In this document: positions 23,650-34,759 of the stretch, one piece after another
Layout: each line of letters begins with the position of its first letter
Position numbering within the stretch: position 1 is the first letter of the stretch
Origin: Eledone cirrhosa
Lineage: Eukaryota
Reading direction: 5' to 3'
DNA length: 64,000 nucleotides
NCBI GenBank assembly: GCA_964016885.1
Contig: OZ024743.1
Span: 164,610,001 to 164,674,000 of the forward strand
Made by a program: the position numbers and the translations under genes
Notes under the pieces: model-generated
What the model saw: only the letters and a program-made list of their open reading frames with translations
The model's database searches: none
What the model was told of the DNA's origin: nothing

Positions 23650-25188
23650 CTATTCCTTTTCTGGTTTTTTGGAATTATTGTAATTCTTTCTATTATAGTT
23701 GTTAAAGTTGTTACCGTAATTAAAATTGTTGTTATTTTGGTTAGTTTGTCTATTATTATCGATGTACATAATTTTATCACTATATCCTGCTCTAGCTAAC
23801 GCTTCATTGTAATAGTGGGCTTTTTGGTCGAAAATATTTTTATTAGATGAGATTCTAGAGATACGTTTTTGAACAGAGTTCGCTATAGTATTTTTAACAG
23901 ATCTGGGGTGCTTGGAGTTAAAGTTGACATAATTCAAGTTTTCATTTAACTTGTGAAATGGATAGTGAAGACATGTGTTGAGATTTAATGTTACATCTAG
24001 GAAATTGACTATTCTATGGTTATTCTCAATTTCTATTTTTAGATTAAGGTAATTAAAAAATTGTATAATTTGTTTTCTTTTTCTATTTAGTTCAGAGTTA
24101 TTATTTTCAATAAGTAAAAGCATGTCATCTCTATATAATCCTCCGGTAGCACCGGGTATTTTCCTATGCAGCGAATTAATTATAAATAGGCCCACAAGGT
24201 CTGTTACCTGAGCTGAGTCAGATGATCCCATAGTAATGTCAAAATTGCTATCCCTATCTGCCCTAGTCCATAGTTGGTTATTAAATTCTATCAATGTTTT
24301 TCTTGCCGATAGTATAATGTGCATTTCATTGCTAGTTAGGTCTGTATGTTTGAATGCATAATTTAGTGCCCTATTTAGTAGGTTAGGGGTAATAGATGAA
24401 TAGTAGTTAGCAATATCTAGTTGAATAAATTTATTATTATTGTTATATTTAATTTCTTTAAACCACTCAATAACCTCTCCAGTTCCCTTCCACAAGCTTA
24501 AGTTAGGTGAACAATTCAAGTTCTTAATTTGCTGTATCACCCTGTCTAGAATGTTTTTGCTAAGTTTACCCAGGTCAGATTTTGATGGTGCAATCAATCT
24601 GACTGGCAAATCGTTTTCAAAATTTCTTTTGTGATCTTTCATATTGATCTTGGGTTTCCTGGGCAAGAAAGGTTGTGTTTTGTTCTCAATTTCCAACTCA
24701 TGCATTATACAAGATGCCTCAACGTTCATTTTCTCAAGTTCAGCCTTATCTGCTACCTTGTACTTTTTCCTTAGTTCTTTCAGTATGAGGCCATTATACA
24801 TGTCTTTATCCAGTCCATAGAGGTTGTTGGTTTTGTCCGATTTCACCAAGATCTTCTCTGTTCTCTCTAAGCTCACAATATTATCCTTAATGCTTTTCAG
24901 ATATTCCTGGCCTTTGAAGTTTCTCTTGAATTTGACTCCTTGTATGATAGAGATTATATCGTTTTCAAAATCAAATAAAAGTTTGTTGGGGGGTGGATTT
25001 TTTTTAGATTTGAAAACTTTATCTAAGTCTGAGACATTTTCATTTGTATTAGATTTATCAAAGTGGAATGCACGCCACCTGATTCTCCTTATAAAAGAGT
25101 CTGATTTATCTATTAATTGTTTAATAAAGTCTTTGTTTCTAGGTAGAGGTATGTCTTTTAGAGAAGAAGAGATCTTAAAGAATTCCAT
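23650..25188 (-). CDS. Naiad-type PLE reverse transcriptase
   Basis: N-terminal SLKDIP..FIRRIRWRA, SDKT, KDHK, LDIANYY, FDITMGS, GGLYRDD, VNFLDVTL, SKHP. Confidence 0.9.
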   Translation of the reverse strand: MEFFKISSSLKDIPLPRNKDFIKQLIDKSDSFIRRIRWRAFHFDKSNTNENVSDLDKVFKSKKNPPPNKLLFDFENDIISIIQGVKFKRNFKGQEYLKSIKDNIVSLERTEKILVKSDKTNNLYGLDKDMYNGLILKELRKKYKVADKAELEKMNVEASCIMHELEIENKTQPFLPRKPKINMKDHKRNFENDLPVRLIAPSKSDLGKLSKNILDRVIQQIKNLNCSPNLSLWKGTGEVIEWFKEIKYNNNNKFIQLDIANYYSSITPNLLNRALNYAFKHTDLTSNEMHIILSARKTLIEFNNQLWTRADRDSNFDITMGSSDSAQVTDLVGLFIINSLHRKIPGATGGLYRDDMLLLIENNNSELNRKRKQIIQFFNYLNLKIEIENNHRIVNFLDVTLNLNTCLHYPFHKLNENLNYVNFNSKHPRSVKNTIANSVQKRISRISSNKNIFDQKAHYYNEALARAGYSDKIMYIDNNRQTNQNNNNFNYGNNFNNYNRKNYNNSKKPEKE

Positions 25189-25366
25189 TTTTTCAGTTAT
25201 AATATAAAGCGCTCAACAGTATTGGAGCAAAATATATGCAAAAGTTTTATTTAAAATGTTGGGTTACAACGAGTAAATATTTTATAACTGATATAAAAGC
25301 ACTCAACAAGTTTTGGAGTATTTTACGATATTAAACAAATGGAAATTACATTTATAAAACCATATT

Positions 25367-25429
25367 TATTTCATTATATATATTTCAGGGATATCATATT
25401 AAAATATGGTATGCCCTCTTCAGACAAAA
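25367..25429 (-). ncRNA. Hammerhead ribozyme in the 5' pLTR
   Basis: Same sequence as 21535-21597. Confidence 0.78.
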
Positions 25430-25764
25430 TACAATATATAGACAGTTTTATAAATAAATTTGACATACCTTAGAGTTTACAACTTCCATTTAAAAAGTTG
25501 TTACGGTAGTGAAAATATATATATATGCATATATATACATATATATATACATATATATATATATACATATATGCATATATATATATATACATATATGCAT
25601 ATATATATAGGTTACCCATAGGCAGATCTCACACAATGCAACCTCGACAGAAGAATACTGCTTGATTATGGCAGACAATTGATACACCCAGCACACCATA
25701 GTGACATACCAATATATGGAACATTACATTTATGTAACATTCTTTCCTTATTTTAATTTATATT

Positions 25765-25895
25765 CCTTTGAAGTTCCGATGAGCCGCTGTATCTTTAACT
25801 ATGTTAATTATTTTCAACTGAACCGGATCAATAATGATATATAGTCATTTGATCCAGAAATATTATATGGAGTAGCGAAACAATTGTAAACGGAC
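25765..25895 (+). ncRNA. Hammerhead-like motif (C4 variant, long helix II) in a PLE terminal fragment
   Basis: GUU-CCGAUGA-GC..long insert..GC-GAAA-CAAUUG-UA-AAC. Confidence 0.6.
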
Positions 25896-26035
25896 ATTAT
25901 TATTATTAATATTATTATTATTATTCTCTACATTCCTTACATCAAACTAAAATATGTTGACAATCTTTTAATAATGTCTTCCTTGTGAAATTTGTGGTCT
26001 TGTTTTGCTTAACTAATTAATATATATATATATAT

Positions 26036-26822
26036 ATATGAATAAATTACTCCTTCATCAGTGATCTTCCAACCTTCATTGGTATTTCATCGCTTTAAAG
26101 ACCATATTCCTCCGGTTGGTGCGAGCAACGGCTAAAGAAAGTCGTTGGGACACGTAAATAAGGGGAACGAGCTAGACTGTAAACAATCAAAGATGGTAAT
26201 GCTACGGAAAGTGAGGAAGAAGGAGTCAAGTCCCTGAAATTGATGAATATAAGTTCTGTGAAATCGTGGACGAGAGAGAATAAAGACCATCAAACCTGGT
26301 TGAAATGTGAGCAAGGAAAGAATTTCGCACAGGTCAAACGGGAGGAAGAAGGAGTCAAGTCCCTGAAATCGGTGAACATAAGTTCTGTAAAATCGTAGAC
26401 GAGAGAGAATAAAGAACAACCGGCCTGGTCAAAGTGTGCGTGAGGAAAGAATCTCGCACAGGTCAAACGGGAGGAAGTAGGAGAGGGAGTAGCAGAGAGT
26501 GAGTGAGTGAAGGGTGAGGAAGAGGCTAACAGAGAGAGTGGCTGTTAGAGGGGGTAAAGGGAAGTGAGAGATACAGAGAAAAGAGGAAGCAGTAAGAAAG
26601 CAACAGACGGGTCACAGCGGAGGAAAATATATATGTGTGAATATGAAAACAAACGTGCTGCGTGGTTGCAAATGGGTTACATATGAATAAATTTAGTCCT
26701 TCATCAGTAATCTTCCAACCTTTTTCGTTGCATTACCATCTTTGATTGTTTACAGTCTCGCTCGTTCCCCTTATTTATGTGTCCCAACGACTTTCTTTAG
26801 CCGTTGCTCGCACCAACCGGAG
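26036..26822. repeat. Rearranged PLE-terminal-like repeat with inverted arms and an internal tandem of about 129 bp
   Basis: About 26113-26202 is inverted relative to 26730-26822; about 26036-26075 is repeated at 26681-26721 (minus strand CUGAUGA half); tandem at 26213-26477. Confidence 0.65.
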
Positions 26823-26891
26823 TATATATACGTACAGTAGTATGTATATATATATACATCGTTGCTCATTTGTTCAACCCTGACAAAAGAA

Positions 26892-26932
26892 CGCTGTACT
26901 AGTTTCAAGCTTATTAGCTATCGTCAGCAACG
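26892..26932 (-). ncRNA. Minimal hammerhead ribozyme (F2, inverted arm)
   Basis: CGUUG-CUGACGA-UAGCU..AAGCUU-GAAA-CUAG-UA-CAGCG. Confidence 0.8.
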
Positions 26933-27250
26933 TATACCTTCCTGCCAGATGATTGAACGTCTGATGTATACATATATATACGATGTATATATATATATAT
27001 ACGTATATGTATATATATATACATACTACTGTACGTCTGTATACATATATGTATGTACGTATACATACTTATATTTAAGTAACAGCCGTACTAAGAGTGA
27101 GAAATGAAATTTCGTTTCATTTTTCCGTTTATCGTTTTCGGTACCCTGGCCGATTAACTCACTCGATATGCAGATTAGGCTGCTCAGCCGTTAATATGCA
27201 TAAGGAAAGTATATACTTTCAGACGTTCATTCATCTGGCAGGAAGGTATA

Positions 27251-27291
27251 CATTGCTGACGATAGCTAATAAGCGTGAAACTAGTACAGCG
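27251..27291 (+). ncRNA. Minimal hammerhead ribozyme (F2)
   Basis: UUG-CUGACGA-UAGCU..AAGCGU-GAAA-CUAG-UA-CAG. Confidence 0.72.
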
Positions 27292-27610
27292 TTCCTTTGT
27301 CAGGGTTGAACAAATGAGCAACGATGGTTGCTAGACACTGTACGGCTTAATTCGGGATGTTTGTTTACAAACACAACGAGCATTATAACAAATGTTCGGT
27401 GAATCCATACGTACATATATATATGTGTTCATGTATGTATATATATATACATACTACTGTATGTCTGTATACATATATGTATGTACGTATACATACTTAT
27501 ATATATATATATATGATATATATATATATATATGATATATATATATGATATATATATATATATATGATATATATATATATATGATATATATATATATATA
27601 GAGAGAGAGA

Positions 27611-28965
27611 TTACATGAATCAAAGTTCTGTTTAAATCATTTATTTGCTTACAATTGTTTCTTCCAAACCAAGGTTTGGAGTCTTCGGAGCAATTAATCA
27701 GTGATTTTTAACATATTTGACCTCCTTTTCAACACAAGAGACATATAGAAACATATGTATATATTGACCCACAGTGGGTTGACATCCATTATAATAATAT
27801 AGCATGGTAATTACATACAAAGATTACAGTCATATTAAAGGACAAAATTAAAGTTAAAATAAATATAAAAATAAAACATTGGCAGTTTACTAAGATAAAG
27901 TAAGAGGAAAGTTTGGAGTAGCCAGTGTATGCAACAGTCACACGTGTGGCATGCATGCGTCTCCCATTTATACAAGATTATTACATGTAAAACAAGCAGT
28001 CAAAGCAGGCAATTAAGAGCATCATGGGGGATGTAATGGTAAAGCATTATTCACACACACCTGTACGATATAGAAGCCCGTGTGTAGAGAAACACCAAAA
28101 ATATCAAAAATATTACAAATGAGAAGCAAAACAGCACCACTGTCCTCGTACAACACCACCACTCTCACAATCCAGGAAACGCAATTTATAGACTACATGT
28201 CCATCACACAATCCACGATGATTCAACATTGGGTGTCTGGTGAACCATGCTAGAACATCACAGCTTGTCGTTCTTTAATTCGATTCTGTAGAGCAGGTTG
28301 TATTTGTTGTGAGAGTTGACATCATATTATATTCTGGAAGTGTGTCTGTGATTAATGGGAGTTAATGCGTAAGGGGAGGTAACTAGCTGATTTCTATAGC
28401 TAAATTTATTATCCTAAAGTACATTAATGGTGTCTCAAATGACTTCCTATCATATAAGGTTATAAACAATTTCTAAATTTAAGTATCTTATCTATAAATT
28501 ACAGTGTAGTCTATCAAGAAGTACTAAAGGTGTTCATATTAGGATGATTACCTTCTATCATAGAGTTTCACCACCGAATATTCCACATGAAGAGTCAGAT
28601 CTCCAAATCAATGATCTTTGTAAGTGTAGTCCACCCGCAGAACCTGGCAGGGTCTTATTAGAATCACTTCTATATATGACTCCTGGTAAGTTCTGGGTCA
28701 TTGCATGTCTGATTGCATGGCAAAGTTAAATATCACTAGGGTAGTCCAGAGATCAATTCTCACTTACAAAGACACTAATCTGACCATCAAGTCATACATG
28801 TATTTATAACTCATACATCACCTGTACATAATTCATTGCACTCAGCATATAGATTATATAGCTCTTTTATGTTAAATTAATTACTTAATCTTCCATTTAT
28901 CCAATGATGGCACTACATACACAGGACAGTGTTAGCACAACCAATTCTGTGCTTAAAGTTTACAT
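27611..28965 (-). mobile_element. Old degraded PLE-like element carrying the F5 hammerhead
   Basis: Hammerhead at the 3' end; faint RT thumb remnants (DLEI..VKLYDRR) near 28540-28620. Confidence 0.4.
27645..27693 (-). ncRNA. Hammerhead ribozyme, C4 variant (F5)
   Basis: UUGCU-CCGAAGA-C-UCCAAACC-UU-GGUUUGGA-A-GAAA-CAAUUG-UA-AGCAA; helix I and distal helix II are perfect. Confidence 0.75.
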
Positions 28966-30283
28966 TAATTATATATTGGTGTAATGTAGTCTAAGTAATT
29001 GAAGACCAATATACCAAAAGTAGAAGTACATGGGGATATCTCTAGGGTAAAAGGTATTAGGAGGATGTCACTATTTGCGTTAAAGTGGATTAATGGGTGT
29101 GGAGATGAGGTGTAAGGTGTGCCCCTGATGATTGTTGCTAGAGATGGTGACGGGTTCAAGTCTGACATTGTTATATATTGGGTTTAAAGTTTTGGAAGGA
29201 GTGTCGGAAGCGGTGTTGGCAAGACGCGAACACTTCTGATTTTTCTTAAGGAGGTTATGGTTTGAGAAGATGATAGTATGGGTCTCTAGTAGACAGAGGT
29301 TACAAAATTTATTAGGTGGTTTGTACGATGTCGAGTTACCTATCACTTCCCCTTTTAAGTGTATATGGTTTATTTTTAGTTTTTAGATAGTGTATGTAGC
29401 TAGATAGTAAAGTGGAGTTGGCTAGACTGTTTTTTGAAAGAGTGGAGGTGCGAATTGTATCTGGTTTTGAAGCAGTTTCAAGTAGAGCCTATATAGGTTT
29501 CAGAAGAGTTGCTAGTTGTGACTGTGCATGAGTATATGATATCCTTGGTTAAGCACTTTTTATCTAAAGGGCAGGTTCTATTTGATCTACAGTTACAATT
29601 ATTCTGGGTGTTAGTCTGCCGGTTATTATGTTGTGTAGAAGTCTGGATGGTAGCTATAGGGTTATGGTTATGTGGGTTGAGGTTCTCCGCGTTATTGTTT
29701 ACACTAGTGCTATTACTATTATTTCTATTGATATTAGGGTTAGTTGCTATAATGTTATTTTGAAGGTTTATCGTACTGTTTTACGGGCCGCAAGTATGAC
29801 ATCAATCTTGGGTCTAGTCAGGTCACTATTGTCCATGGCCATGATAAGTGCCTTATTTAATAGGATAGGGGAAATAGAGGTGTAGTATGAATTGATATCA
29901 AATTGAATAAATTTTTTATCCTTGTTATCCTTGATATCTTTGAACCATTCAATCACTTCACCTGTATTTCCCCATTGTTTAAGGTATATCTTGTGTTTAA
30001 TCTGTGGGATGATTTTATCTAAAATTTTCTGACTGATAATGCCAATGTCAGACTTGGAAGGGCAGATAAGACTAATCGAGGGGTTGCTAATGAAGTCCTC
30101 CTTATGGTCCTTCAGAGAGAATCTAGGGGGTTTGGGGTATATGGTTGTGTATGTCTCTGGAGTCCTAGTTTGGACACTATATTATAGCCTTCCATATTAA
30201 TATCTTCTAAGTTTTTCATAGTGGTTTTCTTGTGGCTTTTATGTAGTTCATTATATATAAACTTTCTATAAGTATTATAATCT
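28966..30283 (-). mobile_element. Inverted arm of a Naiad PLE (RT N-part fused to GIY-YIG end)
   Basis: 29775-30283 is the reverse complement of about 30478-30988; 29170-29600 encodes CNCRSNRTCPLDKKCL..IIYSC..YIG..CNLCLLE. Confidence 0.87.
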
Positions 30284-30542
30284 TTAGAAGCCCGCCTCAT
30301 AACACACTACTAAACTCCTTTGAAATGACCTAATAAAACTAGTTAAGAATATTAATAACAAAAAGCACCGTAATAAAAACAACACCTTCTTAAACAAACT
30401 TAACACCGCTATTAATGATTTCAAAACTAGTAATAAAATTATTGTACATGCGAACAAAACTAATAACATATACAGCCTAGATTATAATACTTATAGAAAG
30501 TTTATATATAATGAACTACATAAAAGCTACAAGAAAACCACT

Positions 30543-31871
30543 ATGAAAAACTTAGAAGATATTAATATGGACGGCTATAATATAGTGTCCAAACTAGGAC
30601 TCCAGAGACATACACAACCATATACCCCAAACCCCCCTAGATTCTCTCTGAAGGATCATAAGGAGGACTTCATTAGCAACCCCTCGATTAGACTTATCTG
30701 CCCTTCCAAGTCTGACATTGGCATTATCAGTAAGAAAATTTTAGATAAAATCATCCCACAGATTAAACACAAGATATACCTTAAACAATGGGGAAATACA
30801 GGTGAAGTGATTGAATGGTTCAAAGATATCAAGGATAACAAGGATAAAAAATTTATTCAATTTGATATCAATTCATACTACACCTCTATTTCCCCTATCC
30901 TATTAAATAAGGCACTTATCATGGCCATGGACAATAGTGACCTGACTAGACCCCAGATTGATGTCATACTTGCGGCCCGTAAAACAGTAATCACCTTTGA
31001 AGACCAATTATGGACCCGCAAGGATACGCAAAACAACTTCGACATAACTATGGGGTCTAGTGACTCGGCACAGGTCACTGATTTAGTCGGCCTATATTTA
31101 CTTAACGAAATCCATAAGGACCTTCCATACCTCAACGGTGGTTTGTACCGTGATGATGCACCTCTACTTATAGATTATAAAAAATTCAGTATAGAAAGAA
31201 CTAGAAAACTATTGCACAAGACATTCAAAAACTATAACCTTAGTATTACCATGGACAAAAACACTAAAAACGTTAACTTCCTGGACGCCACCCTCTACCT
31301 AGACTCAAAGATATATGCACCTTTCCACAAACCTAATGAAAAACTCATTTACGTAGATACCAAGTCTAACCACCCTAGATCTATATTAAACTCTATCTCT
31401 AAGGGAGTATCTAATAGAATCTCTAATCTATCCTATGACGTAAACATATTTAGCAAAAACTCGCAATATTATAATCAGGCATTAGCTAGATCAGGGCATA
31501 ATATAGAGATCGAGTTCCTACCTACAAAAACACATAGCTACAACATTATTTCGCACATGTCCATGAGGAAATTTAGTAATAGGAATAGCAACCACACACA
31601 CACTAATACGGAGGATGCCAACAAAAGTAATCCACACCACAGAAATTACCATAGTACCATAAAAGGAAACAACTCACCAGACATAAAAAACAAAAATAGA
31701 AGAAGAAATAATACATTTTTCAACCCTCCTTTCAATCTAAACGTCTCTTCCAACCTAGCTAGGGCTTTCTTCTCACTACTAGATAAAAACTCCCCATCCG
31801 GCCACAAGTACCATAGCCTTTTAAACAAAAACACTATTAAAATAATTCTGGACTATTTAGTCCAGAATTAG
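30543..31871 (+). CDS. Naiad-type PLE reverse transcriptase (element about 30286-31845, truncated)
   Basis: KDHK, RLICP, FIQFDINSYY, FDITMGS, GGLYRDD, VNFLDATL, SNHP, FFNPPF. Confidence 0.88.
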   Translation: MKNLEDINMDGYNIVSKLGLQRHTQPYTPNPPRFSLKDHKEDFISNPSIRLICPSKSDIGIISKKILDKIIPQIKHKIYLKQWGNTGEVIEWFKDIKDNKDKKFIQFDINSYYTSISPILLNKALIMAMDNSDLTRPQIDVILAARKTVITFEDQLWTRKDTQNNFDITMGSSDSAQVTDLVGLYLLNEIHKDLPYLNGGLYRDDAPLLIDYKKFSIERTRKLLHKTFKNYNLSITMDKNTKNVNFLDATLYLDSKIYAPFHKPNEKLIYVDTKSNHPRSILNSISKGVSNRISNLSYDVNIFSKNSQYYNQALARSGHNIEIEFLPTKTHSYNIISHMSMRKFSNRNSNHTHTNTEDANKSNPHHRNYHSTIKGNNSPDIKNKNRRRNNTFFNPPFNLNVSSNLARAFFSLLDKNSPSGHKYHSLLNKNTIKIILDYLVQN

Positions 31872-31933
31872 CCGTCGAAACGGCTTGAACTCAGCCGTCG
31901 GGGTCTTACTGGTTCCTATATATATATATATAT

Positions 31934-31968
<35 letters not shown>

Positions 31969-32082
31969 TATATATATATATATATATATATATCATATAT
32001 ATATATATATATATATATCATATATATATATATATATCATATATATATATATCATATATATATATATATCATATATTTATAT

Positions 32083-33056
32083 ATATCATAAATCATGTCC
32101 TTAGAATTATTAGATAACATATATACCATTTCCTCTCCCAATTAGCATAACTAACCATATAAAAAATCAATTAGACCAGGCTATAAGAATAAAGGCTCCT
32201 ATGAAGAAATTTTCGACAAATAACCGAAAGCAGCCTCTTCGCGGTGACCTCAATAGAGTATTTATCCAACATTTCAACAGCATGTAGAAACTGACTAAAT
32301 ATACCGTCAACCATACACAATTAGGTGTAAATTCAAACTTAGAAGAAATGTGTACATACCGTAATTATATCTCTACCATGGTTTCGTCCGTATTTTTAGA
32401 TATCCCATTATTAGGATGTATCCAGAGTAACAGACTCATCAGGAGAAAATTCAAGATTGGACAGTTAATTTTCCAAAGTGATCGCGCCAAAAATAGATTC
32501 AAAAATGGCTAAGAATCGTGACGTGGCAGTGGTCAAGTTAGAAAGAATGTGATTACTTGCTTACGGCGGGTAGGCTTGTTGCTAGAAAGCGCAGCCCAAT
32601 ATCGCCCAATTGTATCTCAACCTAACGGGAGATTATTAAATATAAAGATTTACATATACATAAAGTCATAGATATATATGTGGCAACCGGTCACACATTT
32701 CTTCTAAGTTTGAATTTACACCTAATTGTGTATAGTTGACGGTATATTTAGTCAGTTTCTACATGCTGTTGAAATGTTGGATAAATACTCTATTGGGGTC
32801 ACCGCGAAGAGGCCGCTTTCGGTTATTTGTCGAAAATTTCTTCATAGGAGCCTTTATTCTTATAGCCTGGTCTAATTGAGTTTTTTATATGGTTAGTTAT
32901 GCTAATTGGGAGAGGAAATGGTATATATGTTATCTAATAATTCTAAGGACATGATTTATGATATATTGCTCTGAATATTTAATTTATTAATTCTTCATTG
33001 AGCCACAATGTGACCGGTTGCTACATATATATCTATGACTTTATGTATATGTAAAT

Positions 33057-33062
<6 letters not shown>
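32083..33062. mobile_element. Non-coding hammerhead unit F6 (about 660-nt monomer) as two divergent, circularly permuted arms
   Basis: 32083-32353 is inverted relative to 32693-32964; 32640-32696 is inverted relative to 33009-33064. Confidence 0.8.
32370..32446 (-). ncRNA. Canonical minimal type I hammerhead ribozyme (F6)
   Basis: UCUC-CUGAUGA-GUCUGU..ACGGAC-GAAA-CCAUGG-UA-GAGA. Confidence 0.88.
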
Positions 33063-33092
<30 letters not shown>

Positions 33093-33541
33093 TATATATA
33101 TATATATATCATATATATATCATATATATATTATATATATATATCATATATATCATATATATAAATCATATATATATATATAAATCATATATATATATAT
33201 CATATATATATATAAATATATCATATATATATATATATATAGAAACAACTGATGTTGTTACATTGAGCTATTTATCTTACTGGTAATAAGATAGTAATGA
33301 ATTACTGTCTTTCACTATTTAGGGTTTAAAATAAAATATATATAACTATAAAAGGTTTTATTACATACATAACCATAAGTAGTATCCTTAATACTATTTA
33401 TATATATATATATATATCATATATATATATATATCATATATATATATATATCATATATATATATATATATCATATATATATATATATCATATATATATAT
33501 ATATATCATATATATATATATCATATATATCATATATATAT

Positions 33542-33586
<45 letters not shown>

Positions 33587-33689
33587 TATATATATATATA
33601 TATATATCATATATATATATATATATATATCATATATATATATATATATATATCATATATATATATATATATATATCATATATATATAT

Positions 33690-33738
<49 letters not shown>

Positions 33739-34065
33739 TATATATATATATATATATATCATATATATATATATATATATATCATATATATATATGTACA
33801 AGCATTAAAAAATGCTCCGAAGACTCCATGCCTAAGTTTGGATGAAACAATTGTAAGTGAATAAATGTTTTGAACATAGCTTTGATTCTTGTGAATTCTA
33901 TATAACTGCTCTGTAGAACAACTGATGTTCTTACATTGAGCTATTTATCTTACTGGTAAAAAGGTAGTAATAAATTACTGACCTTCCTTGTTTATAGTTT
34001 AAAATATACATAACTATAAATAGTATCCTTAATATTATATATATATTTATATATCATATATATAT

Positions 34066-34124
<59 letters not shown>

Positions 34125-34272
34125 GTTTACATATATATATATATATATACATACATACATATACGTGTTTTGCAACGGGTCACTTTGTGGCTCAATGAAA
34201 AGTTAATAAATTAAATATATATATATATATATATATATCATATATATATATATATCATATATATATGTATAT

Positions 34273-34346
<74 letters not shown>

Positions 34347-34609
34347 TATATATATATATATCATATATATATATATATATATATATCATATATATATATA
34401 TATATATATATCATATATATATATATATATATATCATATATATATATATATATATATATCATATATATATATATATATATATATCATATATATATATATA
34501 TATATATATATCATATATATATATATATATATATATCATATATATATATATATATATATATCATATATATATATATATATATATATATCATATATATATA
34601 TATGTATAT

Positions 34610-34678
<69 letters not shown>

Positions 34679-34680
34679 TA
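33063..34680. repeat. (TA)n/(TATC) microsatellite with embedded F5 and F6 fragments
   Basis: Directly visible; 33241-33400 duplicates 33914-34040. Confidence 0.9.
33813..33859 (+). ncRNA. Hammerhead ribozyme, C4 variant (F5, second copy)
   Basis: UGCU-CCGAAGA-CUCCA..UGGAU-GAAA-CAAUUG-UA-AGUG. Confidence 0.68.
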
Positions 34681-34759
34681 TGTAGGAGGTGAGTTTTATT
34701 GTAGTACAATAAAGCAATAAAGCAATGCACAATATATCCTTAATTACATTACTATTTTT

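Larger units (their letters stand above)
21493..25516 (-). mobile_element. Apparently full-length Naiad-type Penelope-like element with 192-bp terminal direct repeats (pLTRs)
   Basis: Direct repeats 21493-21684 and 25325-25516, each with a hammerhead; RT ORF, GIY-YIG ORF and about 1.3 kb of 3' UTR. Confidence 0.92.
26823..27503 (+). mobile_element. Hammerhead unit F2: inverted arm plus terminally redundant monomer of about 428 nt
   Basis: CATACTACTGT..ATACATACTTATAT at about 27022 and 27450; 26858-26963 is inverted relative to about 27220-27325. Confidence 0.78.

Noticed and set aside
23610-23670. Programmed ribosomal frameshift between RT and GIY-YIG
   Set aside because: Two separate shifts at homopolymers would be needed, and the related copy at 30543 reads through this region in one frame.
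22957-25188. Selenocysteine (UGA) recoding as reported for some Naiad PLEs
   Set aside because: No in-frame UGA at Cys positions in the Naiad frames inspected; the RT/nuclease break is a frameshift ending in TAG.
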